DNA of 64,000 nt from Octopus sinensis (lineage: Eukaryota), in contig NC_043024.1 of assembly GCF_006345805.1 (NCBI RefSeq), forward strand, positions 6,572,001-6,636,000. Reading direction: 5' to 3'. The position numbers and the translations under genes were made by a program. The notes beneath the pieces are model-generated. The model made no database searches. It worked only from the letters and a program-made list of their open reading frames with translations, and was not told the DNA's origin. Of the stretch, positions 45,109-57,481 are shown in pieces (position 1 is the stretch's first letter; each line of letters opens with the position of its first letter).

Positions 45109-47589
45109 TAATATATATGTAATACATATATATTAATGTGTGCGTGTGTATGTATGTATATATATATATATATATATAATATATATATATGTATATACAT
45201 ATATATTAATGTGTGCGTGTGTATGTATGTATTATATATATATATTACCATCGACTTGCCTGTCGTTAGACAACATGTGAGGGTTCGGTAATTTCTTGTC
45301 GAACGACCACCACAAAGATGATTTGTTTATAGCAATCAAATGTTCGTGTAGAGATAAGCTCATTCCTTCCATCAAATCGACATTACCTGTATAGGTGCAA
45401 CAGGTGCCACATAACAGGTGATGAAATGATCACAAAGCAATGTGAAACGAAGTACTTTGCTGAGGAACACAAAGCAACACTTGGTTAGGAATCGAAAGCA
45501 GAGTCTTGTAATTGTGAGTGCAACACCCCAACCACTGAGCCATACACTGACCCATGATAGATGAGAGATAAATATTATTTATTCAAAGGTCACAATACAA
45601 GTATTTAAGCGCTACTATATATATGTATATATAAATATATGTGCGTGTGTGTATGTGTGTGTATGTGTGTGTATGTGTGTATGTATGTGTGTATGTCTAC
45701 ATAGATACACACACACACACACACACATGCACACACACACACACACACACATGCACACACACACACACGCACACACACATATATATATATGGTATACTTT
45801 GCATGTATTGTCAAAGAACCAGATGATGCAATTTTTTTCTAGAAGAAAAGTCTTTTTATAAATGTGTCATGTTAAAAACAATACATTTTTAGAAAAGGTT
45901 TTTTTACTTTGATGAAAACCGAAACATGTTTTGTTTTTTCCAATGATTCACATCTACTAAGTAAGTCACTCAAAGTATGTCAGAGATAAAGATTTTATCT
46001 TGAGTCGCTTCCGTTGCATAATAATTCGAATATACATACATATGAGTGTGTCTGTGTATGAATATGTTCAGAAATGCTTCAGTATATGGTTTAATGGGTT
46101 TCCAGAGACCACCCATAAAGTGAAAACTCGTAAAACAGAGCAATAATTTCCCATAATAGCAATGTTATAAACTGTAATTCATTCCTAGAAAAATATTTTA
46201 CCTATAAAATTCATGAAATTCATAGGTGCAGGAGTGGCTGTGTGGTAAGTAGCTTGCTTACGAACCACATGGTTCTGGGTTCAGTCTCACCGCGAGGCAC
46301 CTTGGGCAAGTGTATTCTACTATAGCTTCGGGCCGACCTAAGCCTTGTGAGTGGATTTGGTAGACGGAAGCCCATCGTATATATACATATATATGTATAT
46401 GTATATATATGTGTGTGTGTTTGTGTTTCTGTGTTTGTCCCCCAACCTCGCTTGACAACCGATGATGGTGTGTTTACGTCCCCATAATTTAGCGGTTCGG
46501 CAAGAGAGACCGATAGAATAAGTACTAGGCTTCCAAAGAATAAGTCCTGGGGTTGATTTTCTCGACTAAAGGCAGTGTTCCAGCATGGTCACAGTCAAAA
46601 TGACTGAAACAAATAAAAGAATAAAATAATATCCGTGTATAAGTCATTATACATTAATAAAGATCAAGTTTAACTCATTAAATAAATACAACTTCTTTGT
46701 TAACATCGCCACTGAAGTTTGGACGTTTCTATTACTTATGAGATATTCTATATTTTTCAGCTAGAATATAATTGGGTCTCAAGGCAGTGGGGAGCTGGGT
46801 TCTAACATAATGTGTGTTTTATAGTGATTACAAGATTTCCGTTCAAATGGCAATTACCGGAAGATTTTCGGTTCGAATCTGACCCTTCTAAACCGAAGTG
46901 GAAGCGCGACCCATGTCGCAAATAGACATACAAGTATTGTCTTTTACTCTTTTACTTGTTTCAGTCATTTGCCTGTGGTCATGCTGGAGCACCGCCTTTA
47001 GTCGAGCAAATCGACCCCAGGTCTTATTCTTTGTAAGCCTAGTACTTATTCTATCGGTCTCTTTTGCCGAACCGCTAAGTTACGGTAACGTAAACACACT
47101 AGCATCGGTTGTCAAATAATGCTAGGGGGACAAACACAGACACACAAACTCACACGCACACCACACATATATATATATTATATATATATATACATATATA
47201 GGACGGGCTTCTTTTCAGTTTCTGTCTACCAAATCCACTCAGAAGGCTTTGGTTTGGCCCGAGGCTATAGTAGAAGACACCTGCCCAAGGTGTCATGCAG
47301 GACTGAACCTGGAACTATTGGTAAGCAAGCTACTTACCACACAGCCACTCCTGTGCCTATTGTATAAATTTTATGATGGAAAAATCTATTATATTTTGTA
47401 CATAGGAGTATATCAGCCTGCGGGTGCAATAAAGTGGGCTGCATGTGCAGTTGCACCTGCAGGCAGGGGTTTCTCCACCCTGATTTAGGGGTCAAAATAT
47501 TTGACACTGTACCATGAATATTTGGGTTTCAACATTTGGGTGAACTGAGGTTGTTTTTGTTTTTTATGCCAATCAGCTGGATGACCTAT

Positions 47590-48460
47590 TTTGGAGAGGC
47601 TATCTATAATGTGTGTGTGTGTGAGTGTGTGTGTCTGTGTGTGTGTGTATGTGTGTGTATGTGTGTGTGAGTATGTGTATGTGTGTGTGAGTATGTGTAT
47701 GTGTGTGTATGTGTGTGTGAGTATGTGTATGTGTGTGTATGTGTGTATTGTGTGTTTGTGTGTGAGTGTGCCCATGTATGTGTGTGCATGTGTGCATGCG
47801 TGTGTGTATGTGTGTGTTGACATGAGTATGAATATGTATATGTATATTTCTTTTGATGTATGTGTGGGTACGTATATGTGTAGATGTTTGCACATGTAGG
47901 TGTGTATGTTGATGTGTGTGAGAGTGTATATGGGTGTGTTGATGTGTATATGTGTGTGCATGTGTCAGTATATGTATAGATGAGTGTGTGTGTGTTTGTG
48001 TATGTAAAGGTCTGTTGATGTATGTGTGTGTGTGTCTATGTGTGTATTGATGTATGTGTATGTGTTTATGTGTATGTGTTTATGTGTATGTGTAGATTTA
48101 TAGATGTGTGTGTGTTGATGTATGTAGATGTGTGTGTGTACGTGTGTGTAAGAGTACATGTAGATATGTGTGTGTGTGTATGCAAAGGTCTGTTGATATA
48201 TGTGTTTGTGTGCTTGTGTGTGTGTATGTGTGTATTGATGTATGTGTATGTATGTATATGTGTTTATATGTATGTGTAGATTTATAGATGTATGTGTGTA
48301 TTTGTGTGTGTGTGTGTAAGAGTACATTAGATATGTGTGTGTGTGTTTGTCTATGTAAAGGTCTGTTGATGCTTGTTTGTGTAGACCTATGTATGTTTGT
48401 CTGTGTGTGTATGTGAGAATGTGAGTGTGTATGCACACACTTGTGAGTATATTTACACAG

Positions 48461-48490
<30 letters not shown>
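47590..48490. repeat. Degenerate (GT/ATGT)n tract with about 175-bp higher-order periodicity
   Basis: The anchor AGGTCTGTTGAT recurs at about 48008, 48186 and 48359. AGAGTACAT and GTAGATTTATAGATG are each repeated at the same spacing. Confidence 0.8.
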
Positions 48491-48496
<6 letters not shown>

Positions 48497-49384
48497 AATA
48501 CAATGGGTCCTGGGGAGGAAAGAGGGGCAGCTACGGTACACCAAATGTGGGTTACACTTGTCTTTCAGTGGAGAGGGTCACCAATTGATAAGAACCAAAG
48601 TATTTTCTTGGCCTGAATGGGAAACCAAGAGCAGGTTGGGTGGGGGCTGGATGACACAGGGTGGGGGCTCAGAGGTGTGGAGTGGGGCAGGGGGCAGTGG
48701 GAGGTTGGTGAATGGAAGGGATTTAAGAAATGCTGCTAAATGTGAGGTTAACAACAAAAGTTATCAAAGTAAGGGGAGGAGGAGATTTTTTTTTTAACCC
48801 AGAAGAAGACATTTGGGTTTTTCTTTAGTTTTTTGCTGACTTTATCACAATATCACAGCTTTGTGTGTGTGTTGTGTGTGTGGTGTGTGTGTGTGCATGC
48901 ATGCAGGCATGTGTGTATGTGTGTGTATGTGTGTGTGAGTATGTGTATGTGTGTGTATGGTTGTGCATGTGGATTTGTAAGTACATGGTTGTGTGTGTGT
49001 ATGTGCATGCAGGCATGTATGTGTGAGTGTGTGCATGTATGTGTATGTATATGCATGTAAGTGTGTGTATGTGTGTGTATGTGTTTGTGTATGGTTGTGC
49101 ATGTGTATTTGTAAGTACATGGTTGTGTGTGTGTATGTACGTGTGCATGCATGCATGCGTGTGTGTGTGTGTGTGTGAAAGATGGAATGAATTGGCTTCA
49201 ATCTAAATCACAACAATTGTTTCTCTTCATTGCTGAATGTTTCACATTTTATACCTCATATTACTATATTAATATTATATGAATATGATCCAGCAATAAC
49301 TGTGTTCTTGCACATCATCAGGTGAGTGACTTCAGAGCACTGCTGTATGTACATATATATATTTACAAAATGTGACTGCGTGTG

Positions 49385-49590
49385 TACCATTGGCGATTTT
49401 TTTTCGTCCGTCTTCCCTTCCTTGGATCTTTCCTTTTCCTATGTTTCTGACAAAGAGCTCCACTCGAAACGTTAAACCCTCCTTCTTCCCTTCCTCCCTG
49501 AGCATCCATTAATACTATATTTGTTCCATGTCCTCACGTTGTTGTGTTTTCTCTTTGTGTTTTCATGTTTGGATTAACTTTATATTTATA
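49385..49590 (+). mobile_element. PLE-type terminal repeat with hammerhead motif (49443-49477)
   Basis: GTTT CTGACAA A GAGC TCC ACTC GAAAC GTT AAAC. G8 is mutated. Confidence 0.6.
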
Positions 49591-49639
49591 TATATCCATG
49601 CTAGCATGGAAAGCAGACGTTAAAAGATGATGATGATGA

Positions 49640-49790
49640 TATATATTGATACAAATGGCAAGAGGACAAAAAAATGAAAGAGACCTCAATATTATGTAAA
49701 CATAATATGTGACAATTATTCAGTAGCCATGATAAGACTCTGAGTTTCGGATGTTGGGGTGGAAACCACGCTGGCATCTCTTCAGTTATA
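49640..49790 (-). mobile_element. PLE terminal repeat (same family as 41750-41910) with an intact-core hammerhead motif
   Basis: Minus strand ATAA CTGAAGA GATG...CATC C GAAAC TCAGA GTC TTATC, then TTTACATAATATTGAGGTCTCTTTC as at 41860-41885. Confidence 0.65.
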
Positions 49791-50186
49791 TATATATATA
49801 CAACAGGCTTCTTTCAGTTTCCATCTACCAAATCCACTCACAATGCTTTGGTCAGCCTGAGGCTACAGTAGAAGACACTTGCCCAATTTGCCATGCATGG
49901 GACTGAACCCAGAACCATGTGGTTGGTAAGCAAGCTACTTACCACACAGCCACTCCTGTATATGATAAGCACAAATGCAAGATGCAGTAGTGTATCCCTA
50001 TTTGTTCCCGATGCAGCAATTGTTCTGCATTAAAATATTGCGATAAAGTGTTTCCTTGAAGAACCGTTGTGGATTTGTATCCAAATGCAATATGAACACC
50101 CACTGCAGAGGATGCATATAGCCACAATGGTGAAACAGGTGCTGGGAACAAATGGCATAAACTGTACCTTGTGCTTATATATGCAC

Positions 50187-50221
<35 letters not shown>

Positions 50222-50490
50222 GACGTATGTATTGTTTTTTATGTTGCTATTGATAAAGTTTCCTTTGTTAATCTTCTTGTTTTTTTGTCTTTTGTATGTT
50301 TTTTGTCCATTGTTCAAGATCAGACAGAAAGGATTAATGAGGAAATGGGAAAAACAATGAAAGAAAGAAACGATTAAATTTGAAAGCAGTCTTTTCTTTA
50401 ATGTACCAACATATATATATATGACTAAATATATTCATAAATACAGACTCATACACACCATTTATGTGTGTGTGTATGCATATATACTTT

Positions 50491-50551
<61 letters not shown>

Positions 50552-50557
50552 ATATAT

Positions 50558-50599
<42 letters not shown>

Positions 50600-51021
50600 A
50601 TTTATCTATATATATATTATGTGTCTGTGTGTGTTGTGTGTGTGTATATATATAATGTAGATCTCTATTTGTCTGTCTATCTATTCTATCTATCTATCTC
50701 TATATATATATGTAAATACAATAAGATATTATAAGATGTACTGTTCCATGGCAGTAAGATCAACATAAGCACTGCATCCTTCAAAACTTCCATGCTTCCT
50801 GAGATTCGCCAACACTACACTTGATTTTCTCCTCCCCTGTATACACACACAAGCATGTATCTGACTCATACATTGTTCGCTTTCCAGACATTTCTACATT
50901 ACTGCATGTACTTTATATGCACTTTCTGACAAGTTGTGGTGCACCTGAGCACTGTATACAATAATTTCATTATTATTATATAAAAAGTACTCCATCTGGT
51001 GAGAGATAAATATTATTTAAT

Positions 51022-51535
51022 AGACACAATACATGTTTATATGCACTCCTGATAGTTTCATATGTCGAGAAATACCTCAAACAAATTCCTCAGACACAAA
51101 CCACATATCATAAAGAACTAAAAATTGAATGAGAGAAGATATGTAAAAAGTTGTGAAGGAAGTATTTAGAAAATGTGGAAGGTTAAAAAACAGAAAAGGA
51201 AAAACGGAAAACAAAAAAGTGAAAAATAAAAGGTTAAAAACATTTTGAAGAACTGGAAAATTCCACCAATACCTGATTAACTTGTTGATATCTTTCCAGT
51301 CTTGTAATTTCAGGTCTAAGGAGGATAACCTTTTTTACTCTTTACTTTTTACTTTTTCATTTTCCATTTTTTAACCTTCCACCTTTTCTGTAGGCTTCCT
51401 TCTCAACTGTTCGCGTTTCTTCTCTAATTCAATTTTTAGTTCGTTATTAGACATGGCTTCTGCCGGAAGAATATGTTTGAGGTGTTTCTCAACATATGAA
51501 ACCGTTAGTAGCTCATAAAAACATGTATTGTGTCT
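51022..51535. repeat. Diverged inverted repeat (about 215-bp arms, about 85-bp spacer)
   Basis: 51022-51240 (AGACACAATACATG...AATGTGGAAGGTTAAAAA) is a diverged inverted copy of 51325-51535. Confidence 0.7.
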
Positions 51536-51540
51536 TTTAA

Positions 51541-51608
<68 letters not shown>

Positions 51609-51612
51609 AAAG

Positions 51613-51923
51613 GAAATGAAGAAAATGCTGACAAAATAATTTAAGCAAAGGAGAGTGTATTTAATTAGGTGAAAGTTCTTTTTACCGGTTGCGCATTGTT
51701 ATGCTTATCAAAAGATATTTTTTAAGAGAGATAGAGTTCCTTTCTGATAGATTTTTTTCTCTTATCTGGAAATATATACATGTATATCAGATAGGAACTC
51801 TATCTCTCTTAAAAAAATATCTTTTGATAAGCATAACAAATGCGCAACCGGTAAAAAGAACTTTCACCTAATTAAATACACTCTCCCTTACTTAAATTAT
51901 TTTTTCAGGATTTTCTTCATTTC
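51613..51923. mobile_element. Near-perfect fold-back (MITE-like) element with about 137-bp arms
   Basis: 51613-51749 pairs with 51785-51923. The central 100 bp of the arms are almost perfectly complementary. Confidence 0.88.
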
Positions 51924-51969
51924 TTTTTTTATATATCACAACTCGTGTTCCACATCTCCTTTTTTAAAT

Positions 51970-52013
<44 letters not shown>

Positions 52014-53729
52014 GCATGTGTGTGGTGTGTATATATATATATATATATATGTGTATATAGATGTGTATATATATACATGAGTGTATAGTATATATATATA
52101 TATATACATACATGTATATATTTCCATTCATGCACATTCAAGCACACACACACACGTACACATACATACATACATATATATATGTGTGTATATATATATA
52201 TATATGTACATATATATAACTATCAATGCATAGGAAAGTCCATGTAATGCATCTAGATATGTATATATGTGTGTGTGTGTATATTTATACATGTATGTAT
52301 GTATGCCTGTATGTACATCTTTTGGTGAAGGCATATTACTTATTGGTTATGGTATTCAAAGCATGATCATTAGGTTGTGAGTTCAATTCCTGGTGGTGTT
52401 TAGTGCATGCATGTCTGTGGAGTACTCAACCACTTGCATGTTAATCTCAAGAGCAGGCTGTTCCATTGATCGGATCGACTGGAACACTTGTCTTTGGAAC
52501 CGACAGAATGCCAGTTTAGCTTTTATTCTTTTATTCGTTTCAGTCATTTGACTGTGGCCATGCTGGAGTACCACCTTTAGTCGAACAAATTGACCCCCAG
52601 GACCCACTTTTTGTAAGCCTAGTACTAATTCTATCACTCTCTTTTGCTGAATCGCTAAGTTATAGGGAAGGAAACACACCAACATCGGTTGTCAAGTGAT
52701 GGGGGGTGGGGAACAAACACAGATGCACAAACGTATTTATTTATTTGTATTTCATGGTAAAAACTGAAGGCACATGGCTTAGTGGTTAGTGTATTCAGCT
52801 CACAGTTGTAAGGTCATGAGTTCAATTCATGGCAGCACATTGCATCCTTGAGCAAGACACTTTATTTCTCCATTTATTCCAGTCCTCCCAGCTGGCAAAA
52901 ATGAGCAGTACCCGTAATTCAAAAGGGGCCACTCTTGTCACATTCTGCATCATGCTGGATCTCCCTTAGAACCATGTTAAGGGTACATGTGTCTGTGGAC
53001 TGCTCAGCCACTTGCATGTAAATTTCATGAGCAGGCTGCTCTATTGATTAGATCAACTGGAAACCCCGTCATCATAACTGACAGCACCATCTGAACATCT
53101 TCTCTGCCCCGACTGGCTCCTGTGCCGGTAGCACATAAAAAGGACCATCGGAACATGGCCGATGCCAGTGCCACCTGACTGGCTCAAAGTGGTTGGTTTT
53201 AGGAAGGGCATCCTGCTGTAGAAGCACTGCCAGATCAGGTTGGAGACTGGTGTGGCCTCCTGGCTTGCCAACCCTCAGTCAAACCATCTGACCCATACCA
53301 ACGTGGAAAACGGATGTTAAACGATGATGATGATGATGTGTGTGTATATATATGCATGTATGTACACACACACACATGAGCAATGAGCTTCATTTCTTAT
53401 TTCTTTATTGCCCACAAGGGGCTAAACATATAGGTGGACAAACAAGGAGAGACAAAGGGATTAAGTTGATTACATCGACCCCAGTGCATAACTGGTACTT
53501 AATTTATTGACCCCGAAAGGATGAAAGGCAAAGTCTACCTCGGTGGAATTTGAACTCAGAATGTAACAGCAGATGAAATATCGCTAAGCATTTCGCCCAG
53601 CGTGCTAACATTCCTGCCAGGTCACTGCCTTAAATGGCTTCATTTCTGTCTACCAAATCCACTGACAAGGCTGAGACTAGGAAAATTAAAGTCCCCTGCT
53701 AAAAGTATAATGACCTGTGGGCTGGCCTC

Positions 53730-53975
53730 ATTTGTGCTTTGACTTATGAGTGTCAAAGCATCTTTTGTGATCTCCATGGTTATCTGCATCAGGAAGAAAG
53801 TAGGTCATGCCTGTGATGAAATTGAGGTCAATCACATGCATTATTAGTGTAGCATTCTCTGTGTTGGAGTGGGAGAGGAGGACATTTGTTGCCAGGTCTT
53901 CTTGGAGGAAGATCACTATTTCTCCTTGTTTCTGTATTCTGCAGTCAGTTCTGAGTAGCACATAACCTGACATTT
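53730..53975 (-). mobile_element. LINE apurinic-endonuclease (APE) domain remnant (CR1/L2-like)
   Basis: GYVLLRTDCRIQKQGEIVIFLQEDL...TYFLPD resembles the GY....RxDR....GGV..Y...YRPP pattern. Confidence 0.6.
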
Positions 53976-54182
53976 GTCCAATCCATGCCAGCATGGAAGG
54001 TAGATGTTAAATGATGATGATGATATTTATATTTATATGTATATATTTATTTATTTGTGCAGCTGAAGATGGCACTGCATTTAAATTGATGTAATGATTG
54101 CATTGTTCAATTAAACGGAGCTGCTTGAAACAGTCGTACTGCATCACTATTTGATATCCTATTGAATATTTTGATTATCTAT

Positions 54183-54224
<42 letters not shown>

Positions 54225-54649
54225 CAAATTTGCAGAAAACAAAAGATGAAGATAGGTGTAGGAACAACAAGCAGGTGTATTAGTTTAATGCTCCAGAAGA
54301 ATGGTAAAGTCTTTTACATTTCCAGAAAAAATTAAGAGTAAAAAAAAAAACAGAGAAAAATATGTGCAGAGTTCAACAGTCCAACATGTATGTATATATA
54401 TGTATCTGTATGCATGTATATGTATACATAAAATGACTTTCAGTGATGACCAAACCACACCTGTTTTCTTTCTTTTTTTTTTGTTTGAAGAGGTCACCAT
54501 CCTTAAACACATTCCAATACAATGGTAAATGACTAAATGAATAAATGAATGGTGAATTAAGAAAGGGGATACCCCTTCTTTCTCTCTCTCTCTCTCTCTC
54601 TCTTTTTCCTTCTACCTATCTGTCTATCTGCCCGACTATCTATCTATAT

Positions 54650-54768
54650 CTTTTTTTTTTTTTTTTTTCTTCTTGCCCCACCCATCCCACCTCGAAAAGA
54701 AAAAATTCTACATTGTATTTCGTCCATTTTTATTCTGTGTTTAGCCCTGTGTGGCTACAATAAAAAGT
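54650..54768 (+). mobile_element. Diverged 3' UTR remnant of the Tx1 family (copy A)
   Basis: TCTACATTGTATT...CTGTGTTTAGCCCTGTGTGGCTACAATAAAAAG matches the 3' end of copies B-D and is followed by (TATC)n. Confidence 0.6.
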
Positions 54769-54774
54769 TATCTA

Positions 54775-54811
<37 letters not shown>

Positions 54812-54839
54812 GTCTATCTATCTATCTATCTATCTGTCC

Positions 54840-54874
<35 letters not shown>

Positions 54875-55033
54875 ATCTATCTATCTATCTATCTATCTAT
54901 CTCCCTATCTATCTGTCTGTCTGTCTGTCTATCATCTATCTATCTATCTATCTATCTGTCTGTCTGTCTGTATATCATCTATCTATCTATCTATCTATCT
55001 ACCTATCTATCTATCTATCTGTCTGTTTGTCTG

Positions 55034-55069
<36 letters not shown>

Positions 55070-55071
55070 AC

Positions 55072-55109
<38 letters not shown>

Positions 55110-55113
55110 CTCC

Positions 55114-55148
<35 letters not shown>

Positions 55149-55166
55149 CATCCATCTATCAGTCTG

Positions 55167-55222
<56 letters not shown>

Positions 55223-55269
55223 CTATCTATCTATCTGTCTGTCTGTCTGTCTGTCTATCATCTATCTAC
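54769..55269. repeat. (TATC/TGTC)n microsatellite
   Basis: Direct reading. Further segments lie at 57351-57480, 59160-59184 and 59987-60240. Confidence 0.95.
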
Positions 55270-57350
55270 CTGGGGCCCTGATCAACTTGGATCAATCGAA
55301 AGCCTTTGATAGGGTAGACCATCGATACTTGGAGGCAGTCCTGAGAGCGGCTGGTTTCGGTCCCGTCTTCCGCGGCTGGATAGCTGCCTTGTACAGAGGC
55401 ATCCATTCGGTAATTCGCGTAAATGGACATCTATCGAGACCTTTCGACATTGCACGTTCGGTCCGTCAGGGATGCCCCCTCTCGGCGCTTCTATACGTAT
55501 TGACTCTTGAGCCACTACTGCGGAAGCTGGCGACTCTAAGGGGCATCCCGCGAGAATTGGGATGCGGGACGAGCGGTCTGCATACGCGGACGACGTCACC
55601 GTCATAGTGTCTAGCCACGAGCACAACGAGCTGGTCGGCGAGACACTGAAAAACTACGAAGCGGTGACAGGAACGAAAATCAACGGGGAAAAAGTCAGTG
55701 GGCTTGCGACTAGGCACCTGGAGAAGCAAGCCCATGCCGTCCACCAGCGCCTCCGTCGTGGGACGCTGGACCGACGGCCCGGTTGAGTTGCTCGGGGTCT
55801 GGTTCGGTCCGGACCTCCAAGTGGAGAAGAACTGGAACGAGATAACGAGTAGGGTGGTCACCCTCGCCCGGCAATGGTCGAGAGGAAACTGTCCCTAAAA
55901 GGTCGAGCGAGGTGGCGAACACGTACATCGCGTCCGTCATCTACTACCGCCTGACCGTCGTACCTTTCCCGACCCTACCATCACCAAACTAACACCATCC
56001 TCTTTCGCTTCTTGTGGAAAGGATGCGTCCCGATGGTCAGGCGATCCATTTGCTGTCAACACCCGTTAAAAGGAGGGCTGGGCATGCCGTGGTTGATGAT
56101 GCGCAGACACGCGCTGAGACTGCGACATCTCTGGCTCTATGTAGACGACGGTGAACAGGTGTGGTCGCCGTTTGTGAGGCACGCTTTCCCGCAGCTCGTC
56201 TCCATGACCGAACTGCAGTCGTGGATCAAAAAGAGGGCGAGGAAGGGCGAATGGCAACGCGGAGGGTCGCGTTGCTCTCAAGCAACTCTGCCGTCCTGGG
56301 TCGACCTTAAGTGACTTCAAACAACCAAGCATTCTATAGGGGTTTAGTGGAGGGGAGGTACGACGACGAGCTCGGGGCGAACCTGGACGTCGACGAGGAG
56401 TACCTGACCCGCTGTTCGGGACGACTTTCGGGCCAGGGCCCATGACAACTTCCAGAGATCCCTGGCCTGGCAGTGCTACCGAGAAGCGCTACCCTTCGGG
56501 ATAAGCTCTACAGACACGGCTCGAGAAACACGGGGCCGACCTGCCCGAGATGCGGTCAGAGCGACGAAACCGTTCTGCACGCACTCGTTCAGTGTCCAAC
56601 AATTTCCGACCTGTGGGCTTATGTCGAACAACTGCTGTCACGTGTGGGACGAGTCGGTTTATCAGCTGAGTCTATCGTCAATATTGTCACGCCTCCTTCC
56701 TTCAAACGGGAAGGAAGAGCTATTTTCATCATCCTTGTGGCTATGGCGAAAGAATGTATCTGGTGGACGCGTCTGAAAGGATTGGAGACAAACCACTTTC
56801 CTCTCTGGCCAATCTCTCATCAACTTCTTCAAGTACCACTTGAAAAGAAAGTGAGAGTAGAGAGGCAAGTTTTGTCTAGCGAATGTTTTAAAAAAAGATG
56901 GGTGAATGTAGCAAGAATGGCACGTATGAATGACGAAGCCACCTTGAGCATAGTCCTATGAACCCAGAAATCGAAAACAGAGAGTTGCTTATTTGCAAAA
57001 AAAAAAAAAAAAAAAAAAAGAAATATAAAATGTGACTTCATTGACCGATGTTACCGTGGTCTTTTCCGTAGGCTTTTCTTTCCACGGGTAAACCTCACCT
57101 GTCCTCCCCTTTACACTTCATATTGACATTTCTGTGATAACGATCCCTATTGATCAATTTTTTTTCCTCTCCCCCTTTTTTTTTTTTTTTTTAACCCCCT
57201 TCTTTTTGTCCTCTTTCTCTCCTTTTACGATCCCTTTTGATCGAAACTCCCCCTTCCTTTTTTTTTTTTTTTTTTAAACCTTCAAAAGAAAAGCTCTACC
57301 TTGTAATTTGTTCTATCTGTGTGCAGCCCTGTGTGGCTAATAAAGAAACA
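55270..57350 (+). mobile_element. Tx1/L1-clade non-LTR retrotransposon, 5'-truncated copy B (RT, zinc finger and 3' UTR)
   Basis: DQSKAFDRV, RQGCPLS, YADD, LLGVWF, GGLGMP and CPRCGQSDETVLHALVQC (zf-RVT-like), with several 1-nt frameshifts. It ends AATAAAGAAACA|TATC. Confidence 0.93.
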
Positions 57351-57417
57351 TATCTATCTACCTATCTATCTATCTATCTATCTATCTATCTGTCTGTCTG
57401 TCTGTCTGTCTATCTAT

Positions 57418-57448
<31 letters not shown>

Positions 57449-57449
57449 C

Positions 57450-57480
<31 letters not shown>

Positions 57481-57481
<1 letters not shown>

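Noticed and set aside
44335-45240. Numerous YIYI, CVCV and HTHT ORFs here and at 33.4-33.9, 38.6-39.2, 41.9, 47.5-49.2, 50.4, 51.9 and 60.4-61.2 kb
   Set aside because: All are translations of (TA)n, (CA)n or (TACA)n microsatellites.
49294-49321. Plus-strand micro-exon candidate with a perfect CAG|GTGAGT donor (similar 28-nt candidate at 61312-61339)
   Set aside because: Too short to evaluate, and no compatible neighbouring plus-strand exons were found.
49975-50160. Coding-like unique stretch with open frames on both strands
   Set aside because: There is no convincing donor in a compatible phase and no recognisable motif.
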